DNA from: Macrostomum lignano
Lineage: Eukaryota
Assembly (NCBI GenBank): GCA_002269645.1
Contig: NIVC01001540.1
Location: 20,172 to 84,171 of the forward strand
Length of the DNA stretch: 64,000 nt
Direction of reading: 5' to 3'
Part shown: positions 48,549-62,139 of the stretch, one piece after another
Layout of the letters: every line of letters begins with the position of its first letter
How positions within the stretch are numbered: position 1 is the first letter of the stretch
Made by a program: the position numbers and the translations under genes
The notes under the pieces: generated by a model
What the model was told of the DNA's origin: nothing
What the model saw: the letters and a program-made list of their open reading frames with translations, nothing else
The model's database searches: none

Positions 48549-50337
48549 ATGCGCGTCATCCCAGTGATTTTCCCTCTGGCTCTCTGCTGCACCTGCAACC
48601 TGACAGATGGGTTCGCGCCTTCGCCGGACGAAGTTTTGATGCGTGGTCTCGGACTGACCTCGGGCGGAGTCTACGTAGCTGGAGCCCGGCCGCCCCCTGA
48701 CAATGGCACCGCCAACCTAATCAACGCTTTTGTCCTGTTTGCGAGCCTGGTCAAAATGGTGAGACAGCGAGGCGTCAATCAATTTGTCATTCACGCGATA
48801 TGGTTATTCAAAACTTTTACTCTTCAGGACTCAACGGCGCAGCATCTGACTCAGCAACTTTGGCTATCGATGGTTTGACAATTTCAAAATTTGTTTTATA
48901 GTATTTATCTAATGTATGAGAAGTTATTAGTTTAATTTTCAAGTTTATTACACTTCAGAACTGGATAGACCAACGGTTATCGTGGCTTGGAAAATTTAAT
49001 TCCAGCTATGACCAGGTGAAAAGCATAATTGTTCCCATGAATATGATCTGGCAACCGGATGTCACATTTTATGACGTGTAAGACTACTCTAATCCATTAC
49101 AAAGTTTTATCTTTTTATAAATTATCGACACGCGTTCCGCTGCCATTCCAGCATAGAAGTTAAGGACTTGACCGCCGGTAAATCGCCCGCAAAGGTTTTC
49201 AGCAACGGTAGAGTGCACCAAATAGTCGAAGTCCAGGTAACCTCGAAGTGTCAGCTAAAGCTGCTGAACTTCCCGTACGACAGGCAGACTTGCGTCCTGA
49301 AGCTGGCCAACATCATGACCACCGAGAGCGGCGCTCTGCAAATTGGTTCACTAAATCCAAGCGACACTGTGACGACGTTTCTCACAGAGAGCAACGAGTA
49401 CTGTCTGCTCCGGATGAGCAACAGAATGAGGGACATGACTACCTACGCCTACATTGAGTTCAGTGTCACATTTCAGGTATAGTGCTAACTCAGAGTTGCC
49501 TCTGCGGTTAATAACTAGTGGGTCAAGGTAGTTGGTTCGATTCAAAATTAATTCATTAACGAGTGATCTGGTTGTATTGTAGAGAAGATCTACATTCTAT
49601 TTGGTGAACCTCATCCTGCCCAGCATCTTGCTGCTCGCCATCTCCGCTCTCACCTTTCGACTGCCGCCAGAGTGCGGCGAGCGAGTCTCGTTCAGCGTCA
49701 CCATTGTGCTGTCAATGTGCGTGTTCTTGCAGCTCTCTGGCAACTACACTCCAAATCAGAGCGAGTCCGTTACCCTGCTTAGTGAGTGTCATTTCGTTTA
49801 CAATTTTCATTATTGTTTTCTTTATTAACCATAACTGTCTCTGGCTACAGCGGGTTACTACAGCCTGGCTGTTGTCATGACAATGGCGAACGTACTCGGC
49901 AACGTTTTCGTTCTGGGCTGCCATCTGCGACAGCAAGCCGACACTCTCGTGGACAACAGAGCCGTTCGGGTGCTCTTTCTCAATCGATTCGTCCTGAAGG
50001 GCCTGCAAATTGGAAACTGCGTGAGAGTGACTCTCGACAAGCATTTGTTAGCTCATTGAAAAAGGCCCCACATGCTTTAGAAAAATCCCTCTCTGGCCAT
50101 TTGCAGGCCCAAGTCGGGAATTCCCAGCCAAATTCAGATCGATCCGAACGAGTTGCGGACGCAAATCGTGCGGCCGAGTCCGATCGGTGTAACGAATGGC
50201 GTATTGTGGCTCTGGCCGCCGACAGATGCTTCTTTGTGCTGTTTATGAGCGTCCTGGCCCTTCTTGTCGTGGCTCTAATTGTTATTGAGCTGACCGCATC
50301 CCGGCTTGACTGTCTCCGTGAAAGTCAAGATGTTTGA
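48549..50337 (+). CDS. Divergent nicotinic-acetylcholine-receptor-like Cys-loop channel subunit, paralogue 2 (7 exons, ~432 aa)
   Basis: Exons 48549-48758, 48828-48872, 48959-49077, 49152-49476, 49583-49781, 49851-50020, 50107-50337, total 1299 nt. Exons 2, 3 and 5 have the same lengths (45, 119, 199 nt) and phases as paralogue 1. Cys-loop CQLKLLNFPYDRQTC, M4 NEWRIVALAADRCFF. The last intron (50021-50106) is inferred to restore the M4 frame. Confidence 0.88.
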
Positions 50338-50631
50338 CGACTTGCAGCTTTGCTTGAAAACTGATATTTTGTGCGACAAGCTCTAATAAAATGGTTTATA
50401 TGATTGAGCTTGGGGGCTTGTGAAACGACCCCCAAAATTGAAGAAAGAAACCAAGGGGGTTCGATATGACAGCAAAGAGGCTGCCAAGAAGGCGCAGACC
50501 CCAGCATTCTACGCGAACGATCTGGCGAGATGACGATGTCGTATGGAGAAGTGTCTGACCGTGGAGGGGGGCTTTTTAGGAAAATAGATTTATATCTGTA
50601 GCTTGAGGCTTTTCAGTGAATCTCGATAGTT

Positions 50632-51710
<1,079 letters not shown>

Positions 51711-51719
51711 ACCAGCGCT

Positions 51720-52160
51720 GAGGCAATTATTCCCATTCCGCTGACTCCTGAGAGCAGGACGCAGAGGGCCTGCAAGTCATCGATGAGACTGTCTGTCAGA
51801 GTGGCAGTGCGGGCCTGGCCGCTGCACAGTTGCTCGGTCGGCCGGTTCAGCCAGGGTCAGAGGGACGGGCGCACCGCGGCTAAGGGTCCTGAAGCAGTGA
51901 CCCACCAGCATTTGACGGCGCCGGCGCAGGGTAGCGCTCAGGGTCGGGGCTCCAGCGTGGGTCACGACTCACCAGAGCATTAGTCGGCAGGCGCTCCGGT
52001 TAGAGCACGCCCAGTGCGTTGCGCAGTAGCGATCGGTAGAGCACGTCCAGGGCCCGCTCTCGCGTGACGGTCGGTGGCACAGCCTCCATGCCGTAGTAGA
52101 AGAGAGTCGGCTGTACGACCGCGCGGAACAGGCGCACCTTCAAGTCGTCTCCTGCAGCTG
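51720..52160 (-). mobile_element. Degenerate RTE-like LINE 3' fragment
   Basis: DDLKVRLFRAVVQPTLFYYGMEAVP.T.TRE..LD..YRSLLRNALG / GAPTLSATLRRRRQMLVGHCFR. Same RT C-terminal region as the other two relics but more distant. Confidence 0.7.
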
Positions 52161-52579
52161 AGTTGCTACGTGCGCCAGGCCTGGTTCCTCCAGTCGGGTT
52201 CATCACCAGGGCGCCGAGGTGTCAGAATGCTGACTGACTGACAATGTTGACTGGCTAGCAGACACACTGGCAATATTGGCGTTGTCAATGTTTGGCGGCG
52301 GTCTGGCCATAGGGTTGTAGCGCTGTGGCCCTGGCGTATTGTGGTCCAAGCCATGTGATGTGAACATGGCTTGGATAACATGGCTTGATAACTATAGAAC
52401 TGAGAAATTGAATGTATTCTTTTCCTAAACAGAATACGACTCTGATTAAAATTGGCTGGAAAAGCGTGTAAATGCGCCAGCGATACGATCTTATTACCAA
52501 GCCTCCAGATAATTTCTAAGAAAATCTAGCGCAGCGTCCTAATTCAGCTGTCCATGACGGTTCTACGGCAATTGCCTGT

Positions 52580-53043
52580 GACAACTGACTGTAAGACAAC
52601 TGACTGTAAGACAACTGACTGTCAGACAACTGACTGTAAGACAACTGACTGCAGGACAACTGACTGTAAGACAACTGACTGTAAGACAACTGACTGTAAG
52701 ACAACTGACTGCAAGACAACTGACTGTAAGACAACTGACTGTAAGACAACTGACTGTAAGACAACTGACTGTAAGACAACTGACTGTAAGACAACTGACT
52801 GTAAGACAACTGACTGTAAGACAACTGACTGTAAGACAACTGACTGTAAGACAACTGACTGTAAGACAACTGACTGTAAGACAACTGACTGTAAGACAAC
52901 TGACTGTAAGACAACTGACTGTAAGACAACTGACTGTAAGACAACTGACTGTAAGACAACTGACTGTAAGACAACTGACTGTAAGACAACTGACTGTAAG
53001 ACAACTGACTGTAAGACAACTGACTGTAAGACAACTGACTGCA
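52580..53043. repeat. 15-bp homogeneous minisatellite (~31 copies)
   Basis: Unit GACAACTGACTGTAA. Confidence 0.97.
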
Positions 53044-54224
53044 GTAACAATCCTAACTCTAGTTGTTATGCAGACCGTTGTGCGCAGGTAATTGTCACGC
53101 TACCGTCGATAACATGCAAATTGGAAGCCGCGTGAAAGGAGAGGTTTTAATAATTTATTGCTAAAAAGCAAGCTGTTCACTGGACGAGAGCTTTACATTC
53201 TGATACAACGGTAGCTTCTAGTTCATCCTTAGGCAAGTTATTATGCCAAAAACTGAATGCATCCATGTCTAAAAAAGTAAAAAATTACAACTAGCAACAG
53301 GCACGGAAACAGTGGCTATTGAAACTTAAATCTGAGAGTGGAATGAAAATGAAGTTAAGAGAGACTTGCAAGCAGCAGCCAGAGAATAGCTGAGAAGGTA
53401 ACTTGTTGCTCAAAGCTTCATAAGCATTTCTTTAACTTCGCTTTGACCAAATAACTAATTGTCCTCAATAAGCGCGCGGTCATGTGAGCGAGAAGAATGG
53501 AAAATTTCTTTCAATGCCAACCGAGAAAAGCTTGGCCGCGCCTCCAGGTCCCCAGCAGACTTTCGCAAGTGTGCACGCACTCACGCGGGTTCAGACCTCA
53601 TCTTTTCAGTTTAATAAAGTTGAACTCAAACACTTGAAGTTTTGTCTTTAGCTGGGTTGCCCTTTGCAAAATTAAGGCGCAGATGCTTCATAGTGTGCTT
53701 TCAGAAAAAAGGCATCTCATAATTGAATGCTCGTGAGCACAAGATCAGTGTTTGGATTGGCTTAATTAAAAATTATTGACAATTAGAATCCTTGCTTATT
53801 AAATAGTGCATCAATATGGTAAATTTCTCAACTGTTATCGTATTAAAGGTAGATAAACTCAGCTGTGCCAAAGTGGGTTAAACAAAACGGAGTAGCATAA
53901 GCTGCTGGCGGTTGCGACAAGCTCCTAATATGGGCCAGAGAGAGAGAGAACAGCTACTCTGGGCTCAAAAGCAATTGAAAAATAGCAAATATATCTAGAA
54001 AAAAGCTTAAGTAATACAGAAGAGTTTGATCAGTGAAAAGCAGTCCAAGCATTACTGATCTCGAGCAACTGGAAGCTGTAATCTTTGACACAGAAAACTC
54101 AAAATTGCTAGCTTCCATGCGGGCGTAGGCGGGGAAAAGGACATAAAAAATAGTTTATTACATGGCATTTAGTTAATGATATGCAAAAACAAATGACTTT
54201 GATAAGCTAATCACATTGAGCAGC

Positions 54225-57200
54225 TCAGATATTCTCCATCAAAATAGCCACCTTGCGAACAATCTGCCTGTGCTTGCTGACCGGCCCTGAAAATGAGCAA
54301 TTTTCGATTGAAGATCGCAGTGCTTGAAATGCAACAGTTGCCAGGGTGGGGTTGAGTACGGCTTGTCGTGCGATTCACGACCACGAAGTTTGTGGGTGTA
54401 CCTGCTTACAGCCCCGTGACTGACTAATAGGCTCGTATTTAAGTGTTAAGTAAACTCGGTATAGCGGCCAATAGAGTCAGGCCTCACTAAATTACTAGGT
54501 AAATCCTTAATATCGATCCAAACGAGCTTACCTATGTAGCTGAGCAGCACTGGCAGGAACAGGAGACCGTGCAGAGCACCGAACAGCACGATACCCAGGT
54601 ACATGCGGAAGTAGAACACTCGGAACAGCTGCGACTTGGCAAAGCCCAAGATAATGATGCCGCCCAGCTTCGTCAGGGTGATGCCGGAAAACACGGAGCT
54701 GCCCATGTGGACGAAGCAGTCGCGCGCTTTCTCCAGTCGCGTCCTCTCAGCGGACACGGTAAATGCTCGGACCAGGTGAGAACAGAACTCCACCGAGATT
54801 CCGAGTGCCTGTTGAGTAAATTAATATTATTTCGTTTGTACTGAAGTACGTTTCGATAAAGTGTACCAAAGGCTACAGAAGGTCGAGACTAATAGTTACA
54901 GAAGTAAATATGATAATAAGTAGCTTTGTTGTTGCATGAGTAGTACTCACCATGACAAGATTAACAAGCGAGACGGCATTCAGCGATATGTTCCAGAAGA
55001 ACATCAGGCCCAGCATTGACAGCAGGATTAGGCCAATAGTCAGCAGAATGATGAACGTGGCAAAGAAGTCGAAGCCAAGCAGCATCAGGGTGACAAGGCC
55101 GATCGCTGCCAAGCAGACCCCCAGATTGATAGCCGTGTCCGTCACAATTGTGAGGTACTGCTCGTAGAATACGTAGAACACACTGTACGGGAACACCTTC
55201 AGATCGTCGCGTCCAGTCGTGTCCTTGAAGTGACTCGTGATGTCGTCCGAAATTTTTACGGCCATCTTGTACGCATTGATGAAATCATCGCCGTTGCGCA
55301 AAACCGAATGGTAGGTCATGTAATGAGAGGCGGACACCCCCACTGTGCGAGACTGCCGTTTCTCGCGATTAAGAGCCGCAGCATAGGCCGCATGGCCGCC
55401 CTTGGGGCAGGCGACGCCTGGATTGTCCTTGAGGAAAAAGTCGAGGTAGCGGAAAAACTCGCCCTGCACTGGCCAGCCGTCGGTTGTAAAATTGACGCCA
55501 CAAGGCGTGCAGTCGGCGGTGCGGTTCGATGCAGGGCAGAACGAGCCGGACTTGTGGTAGCTGCAGCAAGGCGAAGTCTCGCTCGGCTCAAGCCAGTCAA
55601 CGTAGTCATCAAGCCAGGAGCTCGGTGGGCTTACAATGTGCGAGTAGTTCGGCGCCTCAGCCAATTGAGACAGCTGATTCAGCATCGACTTCTGTGGGCA
55701 TCCCGCGCGACTGCAGATGAGATTTTGGTGCACCGGATTGGCGAAGTCCATCGGTCCGGAGACCACAAAGTAGACTGGCGGGCCGACGCTAAGGTACTTC
55801 TTGATGCCGTCAAAGTATGAGGTCACGTAACTGTCTTCTGGCATGCTCAGCTCTTGGTCCAATCCAACACGAATGTTGTGTACGCAGGCCAAGCACACGC
55901 AGGCCCAGCCGACAAAGATGCTAATTATTATTGGTCGAACCCAACGGTTGAAGATAAAGGTAGACAAGAAGCGCTTAAAGAATTGGAACAGCAGGCCTTT
56001 GCTCTCGGTCTTTTCTGGCTTATTATTCGCTGCCTTCTCCGCCTTCTCCACTTTCTTAGACGCACAGCAGCATAGTATATCCATCCGTTTAGCGGCTTGC
56101 CTTTTGGCGTCCAGCGATAGAACGGCAACAAAGCAACTTATCTGGAGCAGAAAGTCCAGCAGCACAGCCATGCCAGCGTAAAGCGCAAACACCCTCACCG
56201 CCGGCATGGGGGTAAAAGCGCCGAAAAAGAAGGCCACAGACTCGCTGAGGCTGCTCAACAGCATGCTGGGACCAACACGGCCGACCACCCGGGCCACCTT
56301 TGCCTCCACACTGTCTGCTCCGACGAAGTCACGTTGCAATGTGTGCACCAGAATGAATATGTTATCAACTCCGACTGCCAGAACAAGGAAGGGAACTACT
56401 TCGATGATTATCAGCGTGGCAGGAAATCCCAGGTAACTCCATACGCCCAGGGAGCAGAAAACTGCCACTAGAACAATCACAACTCCAACCAGGCCTAGTG
56501 TAATCTTTACATTAACTAGCAGCCGTCTACAGGATTTGTATTGACCAAGCGTCAACGTCACGTAGGCAAACATTAAGAGGTAGCTACCAAGAATGGTAAC
56601 TACATCTGAGTTGGACTCCCGTTCTAGCTCGTCTTGAATTGAACGCTCAGACGAATAACGCACGTCGAGTTCTTCGTGCGACTCGTTCTTAAACTTGTGC
56701 ATTACGTTTAGAAAAGCTTCCTCCCATTCCATGGCCATGCGAACCTGTAATTGAAGCAGATAAACACACGCTTGCAAATGCCAATCATTAAGCTATATAA
56801 TATTCGAATCAATATGACAATACTTTTACCTGCTCCGATTCCCGATTTGCGTCGTTATTAACGAGAAACGTGAGAACAATGGCGGTAGCATTGAGGTACT
56901 CTTTTCCACTGTAGCCGCCAAATACCACCCAAGGGTAGATCGGGCCGCCCCACTCTGAGAAGCAGCTCAGCTTCAGGTTGATGTCGCTATTAACGCTGAG
57001 CGGGTTTTTTGTGCAAGCAATCAGGTGTGTGACAAAGTCGGCGTAGGTCAGACCGAAGTCAAAATCTATGGCGACCTTGTTCAACGTGCTGGTGTTGGAC
57101 TGGAAGTAGCCCAAAGGACTTTGCACCGCGCAGGTTGAATAGCTAGGCGAAAGCGGCTTAAAGCAGATGTCAGTCAAGCTGATGTCTCGTTTCTTGGCTT

Positions 57201-60137
57201 TGCTCCACACCTTCATGTTAGTGATGTTTGTCTGCAAATTAAGCACCTTCTGAAGGAACTTTTTGTTAATAACTGGCCCGAATGCCCTGTGCACTGGAGG
57301 ATCAAAGTAAGGAGACTCTGGCTCGTGAATGTAGTGCGTCTGGTTTCTCGGGATAATGATCACCTGCTCAGTTCGGTAGAATGGTCTGAAATGACAAGAA
57401 AGGTTCGAGCGGTTCATCAGTGCACACTTAATGAGTACATCGTGCGTTGCATTGGCATCTCATATCAGGCCACTTTTTGAACTTAAAATAGCATAACCCA
57501 GCAAATTCAGACAGATATTTGGTTTAAGAGTGTGTCAAGTAACTGGCTTTCTGCCCGACACTACTTATGGTTAGAGAGGGGTTGGAGTGAGTAGAAGAGT
57601 AGCCTATTTAAAGCGGCTCTGTAATTCCAGGTAAATGCGAGGCGGCGCACCCAGCTATGGCAACAACAAAAAACTATATGCCAATTAAGTGAGTTGACCG
57701 ACACAGAGAGACGGTGTGTGGACAGATTGAATTACGAACGTATTATGGCAAGATTTGGAGCCTTCTTAAAACTTGCAAATGGTTTGTGCTTTTCTGAGCG
57801 CCGTTACAGCTCACACATAGGCGCCGCACCGGGACTGGGACGGAATTAAGAAAGGAATGCTGCAAAGAAAACATTACGATGGATTGCGGCCGCTCAGAAT
57901 GGCCTAATTTTTCTGATGCACGCTGGGTGGGAAGGGGGCCGTGTGGCATGACCGCCCCCGCCGAGACAGGTAGTCTAATGATGGGTTATGGGTGGGTCTA
58001 CGCTCATAGTGTCAGGTGGGTAAGACTCCTCACCCAACTCTCTGTACACAGGGTTTGACTGCACTAGATCCCACCCATTGTAATGCGAGGCTATTGAAAA
58101 TGTATCATATCTGAACATGATAGACTAGAAGCCGTCTATCGATATATTAATCTACCTTACAATTTTTATGCACTTAAGTGACTCCCCCCTACAATCTTAT
58201 GAATCGTGTTTAAAGTTACAATATATAATACGTTAAATAATTTTCACGCATAATAGCGGGTTGCCCACAGAACCCCTCAATAGCTGAAGAGAGAATTCAT
58301 ACAGCAGTCCTGCAGTCTACGCCCTTCCCTCCCCAAAGTCCTGGGACTGATCGAACCGTGGGGTGACTAACTGCAGCTGAAAAAAGCTTTAGCTTGCGCT
58401 GTATGCATTCGATATTTGCGCGCCGCGCTAAATTTCTTATACTCGTACCCTCGTCGCTTGCAAAGGAATCATGCCGATGCAGCGAAACGCGGCGCGCCAC
58501 GAACTACTATAGACACACTGCGCACAGGCTGGGACTGCCAGCCTAGAGAAGAAAAGAGAGAGGGAAAGAGAAAATTCTAGTCAAAGCCGGTCTAGCATTG
58601 TTAATAATTTGCTTTCGAAAACAGCGCTCAAGCACAACTCAAGGTAATGGCTGACCCTTAATGTAGAAGACAGAATTAAGAGGACAGATGAAGTGTAAGT
58701 ATTCACAAAGGAAAGTTACAATTTGCTTACCCAAAGTTTTTGTCAAAAAAGGCTTTCTGTTGGCGGGCAGTAGACTGCGGGGAGCTCCATAGCTCAACAG
58801 GGTCGGTAGTGACTTGGAAGAACAGAACGCCGCAGGACAGGGCTATGCAAACTACAAAGCTCAGCATGATGACGAGCACCGGATGCTTCGCCACGAGCAG
58901 ACCCCAGCTAGTAAAGGCGGCTTCGATTCGAGCTTCAATCTGCCCGCTGACGCGATCTGAGCAGTCGATTTCGGTATCGGACAAGCGACTGCCGTCAGTT
59001 AGGAAGGCCTGGCTACTCGGCGAGGTGAGGCCGTACGTCAATTCGGTGGATGTAACCTTTTCGGAGGACGCTGCTGAGTATGCAGCATTCGAATCCTTGG
59101 AAGATGTGCTAACTCGAGAGTTTAAGTTCTTACGGTGCGTTTGAGCAAAGAAATAAATGTTCCAGGCGGCGAAGACGACTAAGAATGAGACGTAGATGGC
59201 AGCCATGACAATGTACCAGCCGTCGATTCCCAGCACCTGCCAGGGTTTCGGATCGTTTGGAGTGTCTGGTTTCTTCGGGCAGACAGCTTGACAATCGCTA
59301 CAGGAGCAGGCAGCAACTCCTCGCTCTCGATCGCCAAGATGACACTGAACTGAGCTTTCATTCATTGGGCAGTGCATTTTACCATCGATAGTGAAGCATT
59401 GGTCCTCAAGGGAGAATTTTATGTCGAACGGAGCATACGGATTTTCGGCTGGACTACCCAAAAACTTAAACACGTCTTTCACGGTGCACGATTCCACGCT
59501 GACAGATCCGCACATTGCTGATATAGCTTTGCCGTTGCCGTGACTAACGCCTTTGCAGCTGTTGAAGAATGTGTGAGCAAAGTTGCTGCTGATGTTGTAG
59601 TTCACGCTTGTCACTGTATTTACGGATTCGTCGAAGCTGGTCGCCTGTAGGTACAAGCTTTGGTTCGGCGAGCAAGCCATGTTGCAGAACATGGATCGAA
59701 AATTTTTCCAACACGCTGGACAGCGCCTAAGTAGAAGGCCTGCGCGATCCATTTGGATGCTCAACGTTTCAATCTGACGCTCTGAGCAGCAAGTCACGAC
59801 GTCCCCTGAACTTCCAGAAGCGATTTCCGGGCAAAATGATCGTAGCAGAGACAAAGACTTTTGGTTGTTAAGAGGCTTCGCGGGCCCGTTGTATCGGCAA
59901 TTGATTGGATTATCCGTTGGGCTACGAGAGCACTCATCATACATAATGCAATCGGCAGAGGCCTAGAAAGAATAAGATGTTAGCACAGGCATTCATTTTA
60001 ATTTAATGTTTGGTACCCGCAGAGCATTTAATGTATTGAACAAAAGCATTAAAAAGACACGGAGAATCTCGTCATTTAAAACTCACATAACTCAGTCCAA
60101 GTGTTAATAGAAGGATCACGACGACCAAATATTTCAT
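54225..60137 (-). CDS. NPC1: NPC intracellular cholesterol transporter 1 (6 coding exons, ~1323 aa)
   Basis: Exons 60137-60087 (signal [17 protein letters not shown]), 59962-58731, 57385-56830, 56744-54951, 54808-54532, 54286-54225, total 3972 nt. Cys-rich NTD ([27 protein letters not shown]), [93 protein letters not shown]. The last exon is less certain. Confidence 0.95.
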
Positions 60138-62139
60138 TTTCGGAGACGACTTTTGTAGCATCTCAGAGTGGGGCTGCCTGTGCTATTAAATATGCACAAT
60201 CCGATCCTTTACGGCCGTAGATGTTGCTTCCTAAAAATTAAGCTAAAACTAAAAAAATTCTATTGTCTAGGAAAAAATTCTTAGTATAAAAGCAACAATT
60301 TTATCGACCTTTCCTTCGAGAATTTATATGCGTTGCGCGTACCAAAATAGCGCCTTCGAATGACCAGCCGTAGTAGTTTCAAGGTCACAGGATCACCCCA
60401 CATACACAAACAAAAATATAATGCTTTATTTTTATGCAAAGAATTATTAATAACAAAATTCTACACATTCCTGTCACAAATAAGCCGACCATTGAAGCAT
60501 TAATCAGTTCGATTTATTATGCTTGTTTAACTAAACTCAACCACGGTAACATTTTAAATTTTTCGAACGTTTGACCAACTGTTCGGCCCAGCGTTTATTA
60601 TACAATTAGCTAAGCTATATTCGGCAGAAATTTAAAATGTATTTTATAGTTAAATCCGATATCTTTTACGTTACAGTATTGTCTGTAATAGCAATATTTT
60701 TTCAACTTTTTTCCTCAAGATCAGATGCAAAAACATACACTTTGCATCCGACCTAACAATTAAATTATACTCGTATTAGCTATTATCCATTAACTAGCTA
60801 TGACTATTAAAATACTTATAAATATTAATTTTACAATAAAAAACTGCTTTGAAATCGATGCAACAAAAACTATTTATTCTAATTTTATAAATAATAAGGA
60901 ATAATTTGTATGTTATTATTTGAATCATATATTAAGTTCAATAAGTTTTTTTGTATAATTAAAGCTTTTTGCATGCATTTTTTCAGTCTTACATATTTTT
61001 TTATTAATGGTTCATGCCTAAATGATGACATGCCTTAAATATGCCTTAAATCTTTCAATACGCTTTGAAGCTTCTTTAATATTTTTGTTTAATTTACTCA
61101 CATTTTCATGACATTCAGACGACATTGTTATAATTTTTATGCCGAACAAAGAATAATCATGATATTAATTTAGAAAAAATGATCAATTTCATGATATGGC
61201 ATAAACTTGAAATTTTGCTGTTATTCTAATTTAAGTGTACAAAATAAAAAAGTCAGTCAATAGGTTTGCAATAATATTATATTTTACAATTCTAATATGA
61301 ATATTTAATATGAATATTTTCATTGATGTTCTTCACACAACTGGGATTCTACAGCATTTTATACTTCCCACGCCTGAGTGCTGCACCAGAGTAGTAGTCT
61401 CGACTACTCTACTACGAAGTTACAACTCTGCTCAGCCCTGATTGGATGTCGAATTGCTCGACTTAGTCAAAGCCCTACAGGCAGTTACGAGGCTTCTTAT
61501 ACTAAAGAAATCTTGATTAGCTATGCCTTTCCGTCCAGTGAAGCAGACTTTGAAAAAATATGCATAGTATTTTGATTGTAACAGCATGCCTTGTTGGATC
61601 GCTCTACTTAGCGTATGCCGACGACAAAAAAGAATGTATAAGTAAGTGCTACGACCTATGGAATATCTGCGTTGTTTCTGCCAAGCGGCTGCGTTTCGTT
61701 GGCCGCAGAGGTTTGGGACTTTAGTCACTGCCATAAATCAAGGCCACAGTCGACCCACTGAGTCAGTGAGGTAGTCATGCCAGTGACGTCACGACCCTGT
61801 ACACCCTGTGTGAGCGTGTGTATGAGTGGTGCCTGAGTACAGTATTGGCAAACTTGTATGTTCTCGGGAGTCAGCGGGCAACATTGCCTCCGCGTTTGTA
61901 ATGGAACGATGTCACTAAAGGCGTTGCGCCAGGGTGCCCCCAGGACACGGATAAGAACGCAGGAACCGCTCACACTGGTTGTACACAGCGGCCTAGACTT
62001 TCCCATCGTCAGGCTTGCATGCACTCTCTGCCTCATGGGCACGAATACCACTGGCTTCAGGTGAAATTCCGTGAACTGACACCAAATTAGCACGAGAGCT
62101 GCTCTGCCCAGTGTTGTGACAAAATTTGAACAATCTCTT

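Noticed and set aside
50021-50080. 60-nt intron or frameshift pseudogenisation of receptor 2
   Set aside because: The acceptor at 50080 does not restore the M4 frame, whereas TTGCAG at 50106 does, giving an intact gene.
52516-53135. TTDCK / SYSQL / SVVLQ repeat proteins
   Set aside because: Translations of the 15-bp minisatellite.
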